Shown here: one piece after another, positions 46,334-58,064 of the stretch
Layout of the letters: the number at the start of each line of letters is the position of its first letter
Numbering within the stretch: position 1 is the first letter of the stretch
Origin: Polyangiaceae bacterium
Lineage (GTDB): Bacteria; Myxococcota_A; Polyangia; Polyangiales; Polyangiaceae
Assembly: GCA_044222475.1 (NCBI GenBank)
Contig: JBGANF010000003.1
Coordinates: forward strand, 64,001 to 128,000
DNA length: 64,000 nt
Direction of reading: 5' to 3'
Position numbers and translations under genes: made by a program
Notes under the pieces: generated by a model
What the model was told of the DNA's origin: nothing
Databases searched by the model: none
Seen by the model: the letters and a program-made list of their open reading frames with translations, nothing else

Positions 46334-47178
46334 ACGCTCACCTCGGCCGCGATGTGCGGGTGCGGATCGTAGCCTTCGAGCGTGAAGTCCTCGAAGCGAA
46401 ACGCGAAGAGGTCCTTCACGTCGGGGTTCATGCGCATCGTCGGCAGCTGCTTCGGCTCGCGCCCGAGCTGGAGCTTCGCTTGGTCGAAGTGGTTTCGGTA
46501 GAGGTGCGCATCCCCGAAGGTGTGCACGAACTCGCCGGGGCGGAGGCCCGACGCCTGCGCGATCATCATCGTGAGGAGCGCATAGCTCGCGATGTTGAAC
46601 GGCACGCCGAGGAACACGTCGGCGCTGCGCTGGTAGAGCTGGCACGAGAGCCGACCACGCGACACGTAGAACTGGAACAGCGTGTGGCACGGCGGGAGCG
46701 CGACCTGGTCGGCCTCCTTCGGGTTCCACCCGGTCACGATGTGACGCCGGCTGTACGGCTTCTCGCGGAGGTCGTGCAGGAGGCGCTTGATCTGGTCGAC
46801 GCCGTCGTTCTCCCACGTGCCGCTGCCGTCGGCCTTGGGCGTCGCCCCGAAGTTGCGCCACTGGTGACCGTACACCGGACCGAGGTCGCCCTCGCGGCGC
46901 CCGAACTTCGCCGTCTGCTCGGCGGTGGCCCACTCGTTCCAGATTCGGACACCTGCATCCTGCAACGATTTGACGTGGGTCTCGCCGCGGAGGAACCAGA
47001 ACAGCTCGTGGAGGATGCTCTTCAGGTGGAGCTTCTTCGTCGTGAGGAGGGGGAACCCCTCTTCGAGGTCGAAGCGCATCTGGTGCCCGAAGATGCCGCG
47101 CGTCCCCGTGCCGGTTCGGTCGTCGCGGTCGTCGCCCTTCTCGAGGACGATTCGGAGGAGGTCGAGGTACTGCTTCAT
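46330..47178 (-). CDS. thyA: Thymidylate synthase
   Basis: [47 protein letters not shown]. Confidence 0.97.
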   Translation of the reverse strand: MKQYLDLLRIVLEKGDDRDDRTGTGTRGIFGHQMRFDLEEGFPLLTTKKLHLKSILHELFWFLRGETHVKSLQDAGVRIWNEWATAEQTAKFGRREGDLGPVYGHQWRNFGATPKADGSGTWENDGVDQIKRLLHDLREKPYSRRHIVTGWNPKEADQVALPPCHTLFQFYVSRGRLSCQLYQRSADVFLGVPFNIASYALLTMMIAQASGLRPGEFVHTFGDAHLYRNHFDQAKLQLGREPKQLPTMRMNPDVKDLFAFRFEDFTLEGYDPHPHIAAEVSV

Positions 47179-47185
47179 GCCGAGC

Positions 47186-48559
47186 TCACTTCCCGGAGTC
47201 TGCACCGCCGTCGGCGGCGCCACCAGCGACCTCGCCCGGTTTCGGCTTGCGGCTCACGAGGATGTGGCCGTGGTGGCCGCCCTTGTGATCGTCGTCCGGG
47301 TAGCCGTAGCGAAACGGAAGATCGGTGTGCGGGTTCGCGAGGAACAGCTTCCGCAGGTCGTCCATGTTCTTGTTGTCCACGAGGCCGAACGGCTCGGAGT
47401 ACGTGTACGAGCCGTACGTGTCCTGCACGAACCCCATCTTCTTCGCGTACGCCGGCGGGAACCCGGTCGAGTCGCTGATCATGAAGTCGGTGTGGGTCGC
47501 GAGGTAGTTGCGGATGATCGAGAACGCGTCGCTCCAGAGGAGGTGGCTCGCGGCCTTCGTCATCGTGGCGACCTTCGGGCCCTTGCTCTCCAAATGCTTC
47601 ACGACGCGGCCGTCGATCTTCAAGTGATCGTCGTCGAGGTTCTGCGCCACGTGCCGGAGCACCTTGATCGGCGCCTTCGAGTCGCCCTTCTTCCGGAAGT
47701 GCAGCTCCATGTTCGAGAAGATCGACGCGTCGAGCTCGTCGGGGCGCTTCTTGCCCGCCTTCACCGCGGCGTCGCCGGCGTCGACGTCGGCCTGCTCGAC
47801 GTACTTCACCGTGCCGTCCGGCTCGAACTTGAAGTAGCGCATCGCGATCGGCTCGTAGCCGTGGAGCGCCAACGCGACGAGGTCGAAGACGATCTCGCCG
47901 GGGAGGATGCTCTTGGTCCCGATGTCGAGGTTGTCGGTTCGGCTGTGCGCTTTTGCGAAGTACTTCCCGAGGACGGCGCGGTAGCGCGCGAGCTCCGGCT
48001 TGAGCACCGCAGCCTTGGCTTGGTCGATCTTGCGAATGTCGGACGCGGTCTCCAGCGAGATCGTCGTGAAGTCCGTCCCGTCGGGGTACGTCGCGAGCGC
48101 GCCGAGGAGGTCGCCGCCGCCGAACGGATAGACGACGGTCTTGGGCGATTCCTTCGGCACCAGCCGAGCGAGGAACGGCATCGCGACCTCCATCCAGTCC
48201 TTCTTGAAGCCGTCGTAGGCTGCGAGCAGCTCCTTGCAGTGTGCATCGATCGCCGCTTGATCGAACGTCGCCGGAACCGGCTCGTCGCTGCCGCACGCGG
48301 CGACACGAAAGAGCGTTCGCACCTGCGCGTCGAAGCTCGCACCCGGGAGCGGTGCCGGCGCGAGCGCGACCTCGGCGTCGACTCCTCCGTCGCCATCGGC
48401 GAGCGCGGACGCATCGACCGCGAGCGCCGACGAAACCGAAGGCGCCGACGTGGCGTCGGTCTTGGGAGCGTTCTTGGTGCCACCGCACGCGCCGCAGGCG
48501 AAGCCCGACGTGGCGATGGCGACTACGAGGAACCGAACGAACTGGGGGGCGCGCCGCAC
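47186..48559 (-). CDS. Hypothetical lipoprotein
   Basis: Lipobox-like [35 protein letters not shown] motifs. Confidence 0.75.
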   Translation of the reverse strand: MRRAPQFVRFLVVAIATSGFACGACGGTKNAPKTDATSAPSVSSALAVDASALADGDGGVDAEVALAPAPLPGASFDAQVRTLFRVAACGSDEPVPATFDQAAIDAHCKELLAAYDGFKKDWMEVAMPFLARLVPKESPKTVVYPFGGGDLLGALATYPDGTDFTTISLETASDIRKIDQAKAAVLKPELARYRAVLGKYFAKAHSRTDNLDIGTKSILPGEIVFDLVALALHGYEPIAMRYFKFEPDGTVKYVEQADVDAGDAAVKAGKKRPDELDASIFSNMELHFRKKGDSKAPIKVLRHVAQNLDDDHLKIDGRVVKHLESKGPKVATMTKAASHLLWSDAFSIIRNYLATHTDFMISDSTGFPPAYAKKMGFVQDTYGSYTYSEPFGLVDNKNMDDLRKLFLANPHTDLPFRYGYPDDDHKGGHHGHILVSRKPKPGEVAGGAADGGADSGK

Positions 48560-48575
48560 GGCCGCGCACCCTACT

Positions 48576-48974
48576 CTACTTCTTCTTGGGGGCGAAGCCG
48601 TGCCAGCGCTTGTTGTGGGCTTCGATGCGCGACGCGAAGTTCACCTCGACGGTCGCCGTCTTGCGGTGCGTCACCTTCGCCGATGCCGCCGCGGTGTCGT
48701 CGAAGTGGGCGTACGCCGTGCGCGCGGCGGCGAGGATGAGCACGACGAGGCAGACCTGAACGAAGACCGCCATCGTGATGAGCGCTCCGCGGCGGGGCCG
48801 CCAGGGCGTCGGGACGGCGGGGTCGGAGAGCTCGTCCATCTCGTCGTCGATCGTCCACGCGGGCGGCGCCATCGACGGCGGGTCGGGCGGGAGTACGTCG
48901 GAAAGCTCGAGATCGAGCAGTTCGACGGCCGACTGCGGCGCGGTGTCGTCGGGGCTGAGCTCCAAGTCGGACAT
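48576..48974 (-). CDS. Small acidic single-TM protein
   Basis: D/E/P-rich N-terminus, one TM helix, basic tail. Confidence 0.55.
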   Translation of the reverse strand: MSDLELSPDDTAPQSAVELLDLELSDVLPPDPPSMAPPAWTIDDEMDELSDPAVPTPWRPRRGALITMAVFVQVCLVVLILAAARTAYAHFDDTAAASAKVTHRKTATVEVNFASRIEAHNKRWHGFAPKKK

Positions 48975-49256
48975 GACCTGGTGCAATGCGGGAATCGTGC
49001 CGAGGGGTGGATCGGCGAATCTTCGGCGAAATTTTCGCGTTCGACGACCGCCCGCGGCCTACCGCGACCCCCGGCGGATCCCTCTCTTGGATCGCCCACC
49101 CACCAGGGACGAGGGGCCGACCCACCCTCAAAGGTGAAACTTTCCCACCACATGAAACACCTACATGCGCCGACCGATCGACCGGCTGCCCGGTCGATTC
49201 GGTGGGCGAGACTCCCAGAAATGCGGGATGCTTCCGCACCGGCCGGGAGCGCTGCC

Positions 49257-50075
49257 ATGAACAACCGCGTTCGTTGGGTGAAGAACGACAACGGGAACGT
49301 CGACGACAGCGCTTCGGACGCAGCGCCGACGCTCGCGCGATCTCCGATGACGTGGGAGCGCGCCAGCAAGGTGCTCACGGATGGGCGCCCGGATCTCGAC
49401 GCGGACGACACGAACCCGGTGCCGGCGCTCTCACGCCAGCGCATGCGCGTCGACGGAACCGAAGAGATCGACGCGGGCGACGTCCTCGAGGTCGCGGAGA
49501 GCCAGCGCTCGATGGTCGCGCCGGGCGCGACCTCCGAGGTCTCCGTCGACGACGTGCTCGAGGAGGTCGTCTCGGCGCCGACGAGCGGGCGCCAGACGAA
49601 GACCGAGCCCCCGTCCTCGCGCAGCCGCAAGACGGATCCGCCGTCCTCGCGCAACCGCAAGACCGAGCCCCCGTCGTCGGCGCGTCTGGTCCCGCAAGGG
49701 GTGCCCGTTCCCCACTGGACCGATCCGTCGCTCGAGATTCCCCGGCCGGCCCCGCTCCCCTCGGTCCCCTTCAGCGCGCTCGACCCGCGCGCGAACGATC
49801 CGCGGCGCGAGAAGACCGTCGTCGGCTTCCTCCCCCCGCGCAAGCCGGTGCAGAGCCGCGCTCCTTGGCTCGCGCTCGGCGCAGCGGCAGGGGCGGTCGT
49901 CGCCGCGATCCTCGTGATGCTCATCCTGCCGTCCGACGGCGGCACCGCGACGGCGTCCGCGACGTCGGCGCGCGTTCCCACGTTCCACGGCAGCGGCGTG
50001 AAGCACCGCGTGGAGCGTTCGGTCGGACACGGCCCAGTCGTCCCCGTGTTCTCCGTCAACGCCCTACCGCGTTGA
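49257..50075 (+). CDS. Low-complexity single-TM protein
   Basis: Disordered acidic/Pro-rich region, 3x KT(E/D)PPSS repeat, TM helix, C-terminal 'SVNALP'. Confidence 0.65.
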   Translation: MNNRVRWVKNDNGNVDDSASDAAPTLARSPMTWERASKVLTDGRPDLDADDTNPVPALSRQRMRVDGTEEIDAGDVLEVAESQRSMVAPGATSEVSVDDVLEEVVSAPTSGRQTKTEPPSSRSRKTDPPSSRNRKTEPPSSARLVPQGVPVPHWTDPSLEIPRPAPLPSVPFSALDPRANDPRREKTVVGFLPPRKPVQSRAPWLALGAAAGAVVAAILVMLILPSDGGTATASATSARVPTFHGSGVKHRVERSVGHGPVVPVFSVNALPR

Positions 50076-50742
50076 GCGATCGCAGGTAGAGGAACGCGAG
50101 CACGCCGAACACGAGGGCGGCTCCGATGAACAGCCCGATGATGATCGGCGCGGCGCTTCGCCGAGGCGGCGGTCGTTCCACCCGCACGGTCCGCATGGGA
50201 GCGCGCGGCTGCGCCTGACGGACGTTCCAGAGATCGCGCTGCGGAACCGGACGGTCGATCATCAGATCCGAGACCTCGACCTCCATCGTCGAGTTCGCGG
50301 GCTCGATCGACGCCTCGGCGTCCACGAGCGCGGACGTCGAGAGCTCGCTGGCCTTGGGCTTGTGCCCGGTGGCCTCGCGGAGCTCCTCGACGACGTCGTC
50401 GAGGGACGCGTCGTCGTTGAGGGACGCTCCGCCGGGAAACGGTGTCGGGTTGCTGCGGAGCTTGGTCGGTGCGACCTCGGAGAACTCGTCGCGGTTCTTG
50501 GTCTCGCGGAGCTTCGTCGGCGCGGCGTCGAACGGCTCCTCGGTGACGGGGTCGAGGTTGAAGCTGGGGAGGGGCGCGGCCGCGCGCTCGAGCAGGATCT
50601 TCTCGACGTCCGGCACGGGCGCGGATTCGTCGGTGTGGAAGCGCGGCAGCGGCGCCGAGTCGACGTTCACCCGCGGAAGGGTCTCGGGGTCCGCCGGCGG
50701 CGGACGCGAGCTTGGGCCTTTCGGCGGGCGGCGGACGACCAC
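50056..50742 (-). CDS. Low-complexity tail-anchored protein
   Basis: AGGAG SD before GTG; disordered body with APTKLR twice; C-terminal TM. Confidence 0.65.
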   Translation of the reverse strand: MVVRRPPKGPSSRPPPADPETLPRVNVDSAPLPRFHTDESAPVPDVEKILLERAAAPLPSFNLDPVTEEPFDAAPTKLRETKNRDEFSEVAPTKLRSNPTPFPGGASLNDDASLDDVVEELREATGHKPKASELSTSALVDAEASIEPANSTMEVEVSDLMIDRPVPQRDLWNVRQAQPRAPMRTVRVERPPPRRSAAPIIIGLFIGAALVFGVLAFLYLRSLNAVGR

Positions 50743-50843
50743 CTCTCCTACCTACCTCGATTGAGCCGGTTTCGCACGGCTTCCCCGCACGTTTCCCCCG
50801 CAGGCTTCCCTAGGAGGGCAAGGGGCGCTACATCCCCGATCCG

Positions 50844-53521
<2,678 letters not shown>

Positions 53522-53522
<1 letters not shown>

Positions 53523-53971
53523 TGGTCCGTCTCGTCGCGGAGTTTCTCTCCGCGGCCGAGGTGACCCTGCTCGGCGAGCTCGCACGAAGCGTCGTCTACG
53601 AGCGGGGTCGCCAAGGCACGGGGTACGACAAGTGCAGCGTCGTCGACCGACCCGAGGTCGCGCCGATCGTGCAGCGTGCTCTCGTCGAGCTCGGCGTCGC
53701 TGCGACACACCCGCACGACGCGTGGCTCATCCGCTACGGCGAGGGATCCCACATCCCGCCCCACGTCGATCCGGTCGAAGAGGGCGCGGAGCACCACCGG
53801 CTGAACGCCCTCGTGGCGGCGGCCGCCGGCGGTGAGGTGTTTGTCGACGGCGCCTTGGTCGCGCTGACCGTCGGCGCGGCGTACGTGTTTCGCCCCGATG
53901 CGATGCGCCACGAGGTGAGTCGCGTGGAGCGCGGGACACGGATCGTCTTCTCGGTCGGGACGCTCCGCTGA
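53522..53971 (+). CDS. 2OG-Fe(II) oxygenase superfamily protein
   Basis: IRYGEGSHIPPHVD (HxD), GGEVF, RHEVSRVERGTR (distal H and R); 1-nt overlap with the acnA stop. Confidence 0.75.
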
Positions 53972-54023
53972 CGCTGCGCCGGCCTCGCCGGTCGGTCCCC
54001 CCTCAATCCAACTGGGTACGTTG

Positions 54024-57000
54024 CTAGCGCATCAGCCTCGCGTGCACGGGGAGCGCGAGGAACTCCTCTCGGGTGGGCCCGTCGGCGATCTTCGCCGCCA
54101 GGCCTTGGATCCACTCCCGGCCTTCTCGGGCGACGGTCGCGGCTTCTTCGGTCCGACCGGCAGCTTCGAGTGCCTCGCGACGAACGGCGCGCACGAGGGC
54201 CTCGACCTCGTCGAGGCCCGTTCGTTGCGGGAGCTCGGCGAGTGCTTCGTCGGCTCGGGTGATGGCCTCGCTGATCTTTCCGAGCCCGACCTGCGCTTGC
54301 GCGAGCGCAGCGAGCGCGTAGACCCGCTGCATCGCCAGGCTCGAGCGATTCAACGCGTCCAGCGCGTCGCGCTCCGCTTCGTCGAATCGGCCGCCGAGCG
54401 CGTAGATGATTGACCGGTACGTGAGCGCGAACGACGCGTACCACTTGTCTCCCATCGACATGAACCGATGGATCGACGTGGTCTCGACCGCGAGCCCGTC
54501 TTCGATCTGGCCACGGTACGCGAGGACGAGGCCGATGTTGTGCTCGGCGGTGGCGACGATCTGGACGAGCCCGAGCGTCTTTGCGGTCTCGAGAGCTTCG
54601 CGCAGAGCGCGCTCGGCATCATCGAGCCGGCCGAGCGCGAGGTGCCCGAAGCCGACGTTCATCTCTTGATTGCACGCCGCGCGAAGATCACCGGCCTCGG
54701 TGAAGAAGCGCGCCGCCTCGGCATCGAGACGGGCCGCGCTCAGCGCATCGTCCGCCCATCGCGCGCGGTGCGCCCGAGACAGCGCGACGTGCGCGGCGAC
54801 GATGGGGTCGCTGTCGACGTGGGGCTCGACCGCCTCGATCTCGGCGAAGACGCGCCGTCCCGCCTCGCCCGCCCCCGAGATCACGAGCAGCCACGCCATG
54901 CGCGTCAGCGCGACGAGGTACGCCGAGCGCGCGCTCGCGGGTGGCTCGCGCTCGAACAAACTCTGCGCGAGCGACTCCGCTCGTTCGCGGTTGCCGCGAC
55001 GACTCGCTTGAACCGCGGCCTCCGCGGTCGCCTGGTAGTAGTCCGGCGTCCACGGCTCGAGCTCGGCGCGCGCGGCGAGCGCGGCGGCCTCGCCCTCCAC
55101 GAGCTCCCCCCGCCAGCGGTGCGCCTCGGCCTCGAGGATCAGCAAGGCGCCTCGTTGCGCGGGCTCGGGCCCGCACGCGAGCGCCCGTCGGATGTGCGAG
55201 AGGACCACGTCGAGATCGTTGCCGGCCATCGCCTGGTGCGCCGCCCGCTGCCAATGCCCCGCGGCTGCCGCCGGATCTCCGCCGAGCTCCAGGTGCTCCG
55301 CGACCGCGGCTGCGTCCGTCTCGCCCACGGATGCGAGCCACTGCCCCGCGAGGCGGTGCCCGATCGCGCGGTCCGCCTCGGGCAGCGTCGCGTACGCGGC
55401 ATCGCGAACGACGGCATGGCGAAACGTGAGCTCGCGTTGCCCCTCGAAGCGGCTGTCGGTGCGAACGGTGACGAGCTCGCGCGCGATGAGCTCGTGGAGC
55501 GCGGCGTCGACCGTCGAGGCGTCGTCGCCGAGCAGAACCCGAACGCCGTCGACCCAGAAGGCACCGCCGAACACGCTCGCAGCGCGAAGGATACGGCGCG
55601 CGCCGAAGCTCTGTGCGTCGAGACGACTCTGAACCATCGCGATGACGGTCTCGGGGAGCGCACCCTCGCCGCCCTCGGCGACGGCGCGGAGGACCTCTTC
55701 GAGGTAGAACGCGTTTCCGGCCGCGAGGTCGAGCGCACGCGCGACGACCGCGGGACTCACGCCCTCGCCGAGGACCGCGTGCGCAAGTGACTCGGCGGCG
55801 CGCCGGTTCAGCGGTGCGAGCGCGATCCGCTCGAGCTGACGCTCGCGCCAGAGGCCGGGAAAAATGTCTTCGACCTCGGGACGAGCGAGCGCGACGACGA
55901 AGAGCGGCGCGTTCTCGGCGACGCGGAGCAACCCGTCGACCGCGCGGATCGTCGCCGGATCGGCCCAGTGAAGATCCTCGAGGACGAGCACCACCGGCCG
56001 AGCGCGACTCTCCGCCTCGCAGAGCTCCTGCGCCGCGCGACGAAACTGGTCGCCCAAGACCACGGCGTCTCGCCGCGCGGTCTGGAGAAGGCGAAACGCG
56101 TGGTGCTCGGCCTCCCCTTGCGGATCGCTGGTCTCGAAGGGAGCTCCGAGCTGCTCGGCGAGGAACAACGTGATGCGAGCGGCCGCGTCGGCGGAAAAAC
56201 GTGGGCTGACGCGGCTGCGGATGCGGTCCTGCGCTGCCGCGCGGGCCACGCCGGTCGCGAGCCCGAACGCGCGACGCAGCGCGTCCGCCAGGACGTAGCC
56301 CGGCGAAGCGGTGCGCGTCGGATCGCCGCGACCGATCCATACGTGCGGTGGAGACGGCCGCACCGCGAGCAGGCTCAGCAGCTCGTGGCGCAGGCGCGAC
56401 TTTCCCGTCCCTGCCGGTCCGGTGATCAGGACGGCGCGAGCCGCTCCCTCCTCTTCGCAGCCCTCGTACCCGGACTCGAGCAACCTCAGCTCGCGCGTGC
56501 GCCCGACGAAGGGGGTCGGTCGTCCGAGGAGGCGACGCGTCTCCATCCCCCGCTCGACCTCGGCGACGAGCTCGACGTCTTCGCCGCGGATGACCTCGAA
56601 GCGCTCGTCGAGGAGCGCTGCGGTCAGCGCGTCGATGTGAACGTGACCAGCGCGCACGCGCTGGCCGATCTCGGCGACGCGGTCGAGCGCCTCTCCGATG
56701 GGGAGCCGCTCCTTCACCACGCTCCGACCCGTCGCCACCGCGACGCCACGCTCGGGGAGCACCGCGCGCAGCGCGAGCGCGGCCCGCGCGGCGAGCGCCG
56801 CTTGATCGCGCGCCGACCCGCGACGAGAGAACGCTGCGACGACGCTTCCGTCGGCGAGCGTCTCGACGGATGCCTCGAAGCGCGCGAGCGCGTGGTGGAT
56901 GTGATCCTTGCGGACCACCGTGTCGCTGTCGAGCAGCGTCTCGTCGGACGCCACCGCGCGGCCACCACGCACGAGCAAGACGCACACGATGCCGACCTCG

Positions 57001-57884
57001 GCCTCGGTGATCTGGGGCCGCGACTCCTGCGGGCGCGGCACCACGACCGACCGGCGGCTCGACGCGACGTCGAGCGCATCGAGCGCGCCGACGACGTCGC
57101 GCATCGTGGGCCGAGCGTCCGGCTCCTTCGCCAGCATGGAGAGCAGGAGCGCTTCGACCGCTGGAGGCAGACTCGGGACGACGCTCCGTGGCGGAGTGGG
57201 ATCCTCGAGGAGGATCCTCGCGAGCACGGCGAGCATGTCGTGGCCTTCGAAGGCGCGGACGCCGGTGAAGCACTCGTAGAGCACGCAGCCGAGCGAGAAG
57301 GTGTCGGCGCGGGCGCTGACGTCGCGGTCACCGCGAGCTTGCTCCGGAGCCATGTAGCGCGGCGTTCCCACCGTGACGCCGGTCTGGGTCGCGCCGGGGG
57401 TGGCGAGCACGCGCGCCACGCCGAAATCGAGCAATTTCGGCGTGCGCGGATCGCCGCCGACGAGGAACACGTTCGCTGGCTTCACGTCGCGGTGGACGAC
57501 ACCGGCATCGTGGGCGGCGGCGAGCGCGGAAGCCAGCGTCCGGCCGAGCGCGACCGCGTCGTCGAACGCGATGGGCTCCTGGCGCATGCGCCGCTGGAGC
57601 TCCTCGCCCTCGAGCCACTCCATCGCGAGGTACGGCTTCCCGTCGGTCGTCGCGCCGTGCCCCACGAGCCGAACGATGGCCGGATGATCGAGCGACTGGA
57701 GAACGCCTACCTCCTGCTCGAAGCGCTGGAGGGCGATCGGATCGAGAGACGTCTCACGCGCGATCTTGATCGCGACTTTCTGTCCCGTGCTCGCGTCGCG
57801 GGCGCGGTACACGACGGCCATTCCACCGCCGGCGGCGATGGCCTCCATCGCGAATCGGCCTTCGAGGACGGACCCGGGCTGCAC
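54024..57884 (-). CDS. Ser/Thr kinase - degenerate cyclase-like - STAND/AAA ATPase - TPR protein
   Basis: HRDVKPAN/DFG/GTPRYMAPEQ; PFVGRTREL, GPAGTGKS, VLVLEDLHWAD, GNAFYLEE, FRHAVVRDAAY; C-terminal helical repeats. Confidence 0.9.
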   Translation of the reverse strand: MQPGSVLEGRFAMEAIAAGGGMAVVYRARDASTGQKVAIKIARETSLDPIALQRFEQEVGVLQSLDHPAIVRLVGHGATTDGKPYLAMEWLEGEELQRRMRQEPIAFDDAVALGRTLASALAAAHDAGVVHRDVKPANVFLVGGDPRTPKLLDFGVARVLATPGATQTGVTVGTPRYMAPEQARGDRDVSARADTFSLGCVLYECFTGVRAFEGHDMLAVLARILLEDPTPPRSVVPSLPPAVEALLLSMLAKEPDARPTMRDVVGALDALDVASSRRSVVVPRPQESRPQITEAEVGIVCVLLVRGGRAVASDETLLDSDTVVRKDHIHHALARFEASVETLADGSVVAAFSRRGSARDQAALAARAALALRAVLPERGVAVATGRSVVKERLPIGEALDRVAEIGQRVRAGHVHIDALTAALLDERFEVIRGEDVELVAEVERGMETRRLLGRPTPFVGRTRELRLLESGYEGCEEEGAARAVLITGPAGTGKSRLRHELLSLLAVRPSPPHVWIGRGDPTRTASPGYVLADALRRAFGLATGVARAAAQDRIRSRVSPRFSADAAARITLFLAEQLGAPFETSDPQGEAEHHAFRLLQTARRDAVVLGDQFRRAAQELCEAESRARPVVLVLEDLHWADPATIRAVDGLLRVAENAPLFVVALARPEVEDIFPGLWRERQLERIALAPLNRRAAESLAHAVLGEGVSPAVVARALDLAAGNAFYLEEVLRAVAEGGEGALPETVIAMVQSRLDAQSFGARRILRAASVFGGAFWVDGVRVLLGDDASTVDAALHELIARELVTVRTDSRFEGQRELTFRHAVVRDAAYATLPEADRAIGHRLAGQWLASVGETDAAAVAEHLELGGDPAAAAGHWQRAAHQAMAGNDLDVVLSHIRRALACGPEPAQRGALLILEAEAHRWRGELVEGEAAALAARAELEPWTPDYYQATAEAAVQASRRGNRERAESLAQSLFEREPPASARSAYLVALTRMAWLLVISGAGEAGRRVFAEIEAVEPHVDSDPIVAAHVALSRAHRARWADDALSAARLDAEAARFFTEAGDLRAACNQEMNVGFGHLALGRLDDAERALREALETAKTLGLVQIVATAEHNIGLVLAYRGQIEDGLAVETTSIHRFMSMGDKWYASFALTYRSIIYALGGRFDEAERDALDALNRSSLAMQRVYALAALAQAQVGLGKISEAITRADEALAELPQRTGLDEVEALVRAVRREALEAAGRTEEAATVAREGREWIQGLAAKIADGPTREEFLALPVHARLMR

Positions 57885-57921
57885 GATCTTCTAGGATACA
57901 CGGCGCGACCTAGAGAGCGAT

Positions 57922-58039
57922 GAACAGGAAGGGCGGAAGCGCGGAAGGTAGAGAGGTTTGGGCGGTTTGTGGCGTGGGCGCGCGCCCTTGCAGGCGCGGC
58001 ACACCCCAAAATCCTTCCGTCCTTCCGCCCTTCCTGTTC
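57922..58039. repeat. 118-bp element with 27-bp terminal inverted repeats (REPIN/MITE-like)
   Basis: GAACAGGAAGGGCGGAAGCGCGGAAGG (57922-57948) versus CCTTCCGTCCTTCCGCCCTTCCTGTTC (58013-58039): 25/27 complementary. Confidence 0.85.
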
Positions 58040-58064
58040 TCTCTCTCTTGGGGCGAACCGGCGA

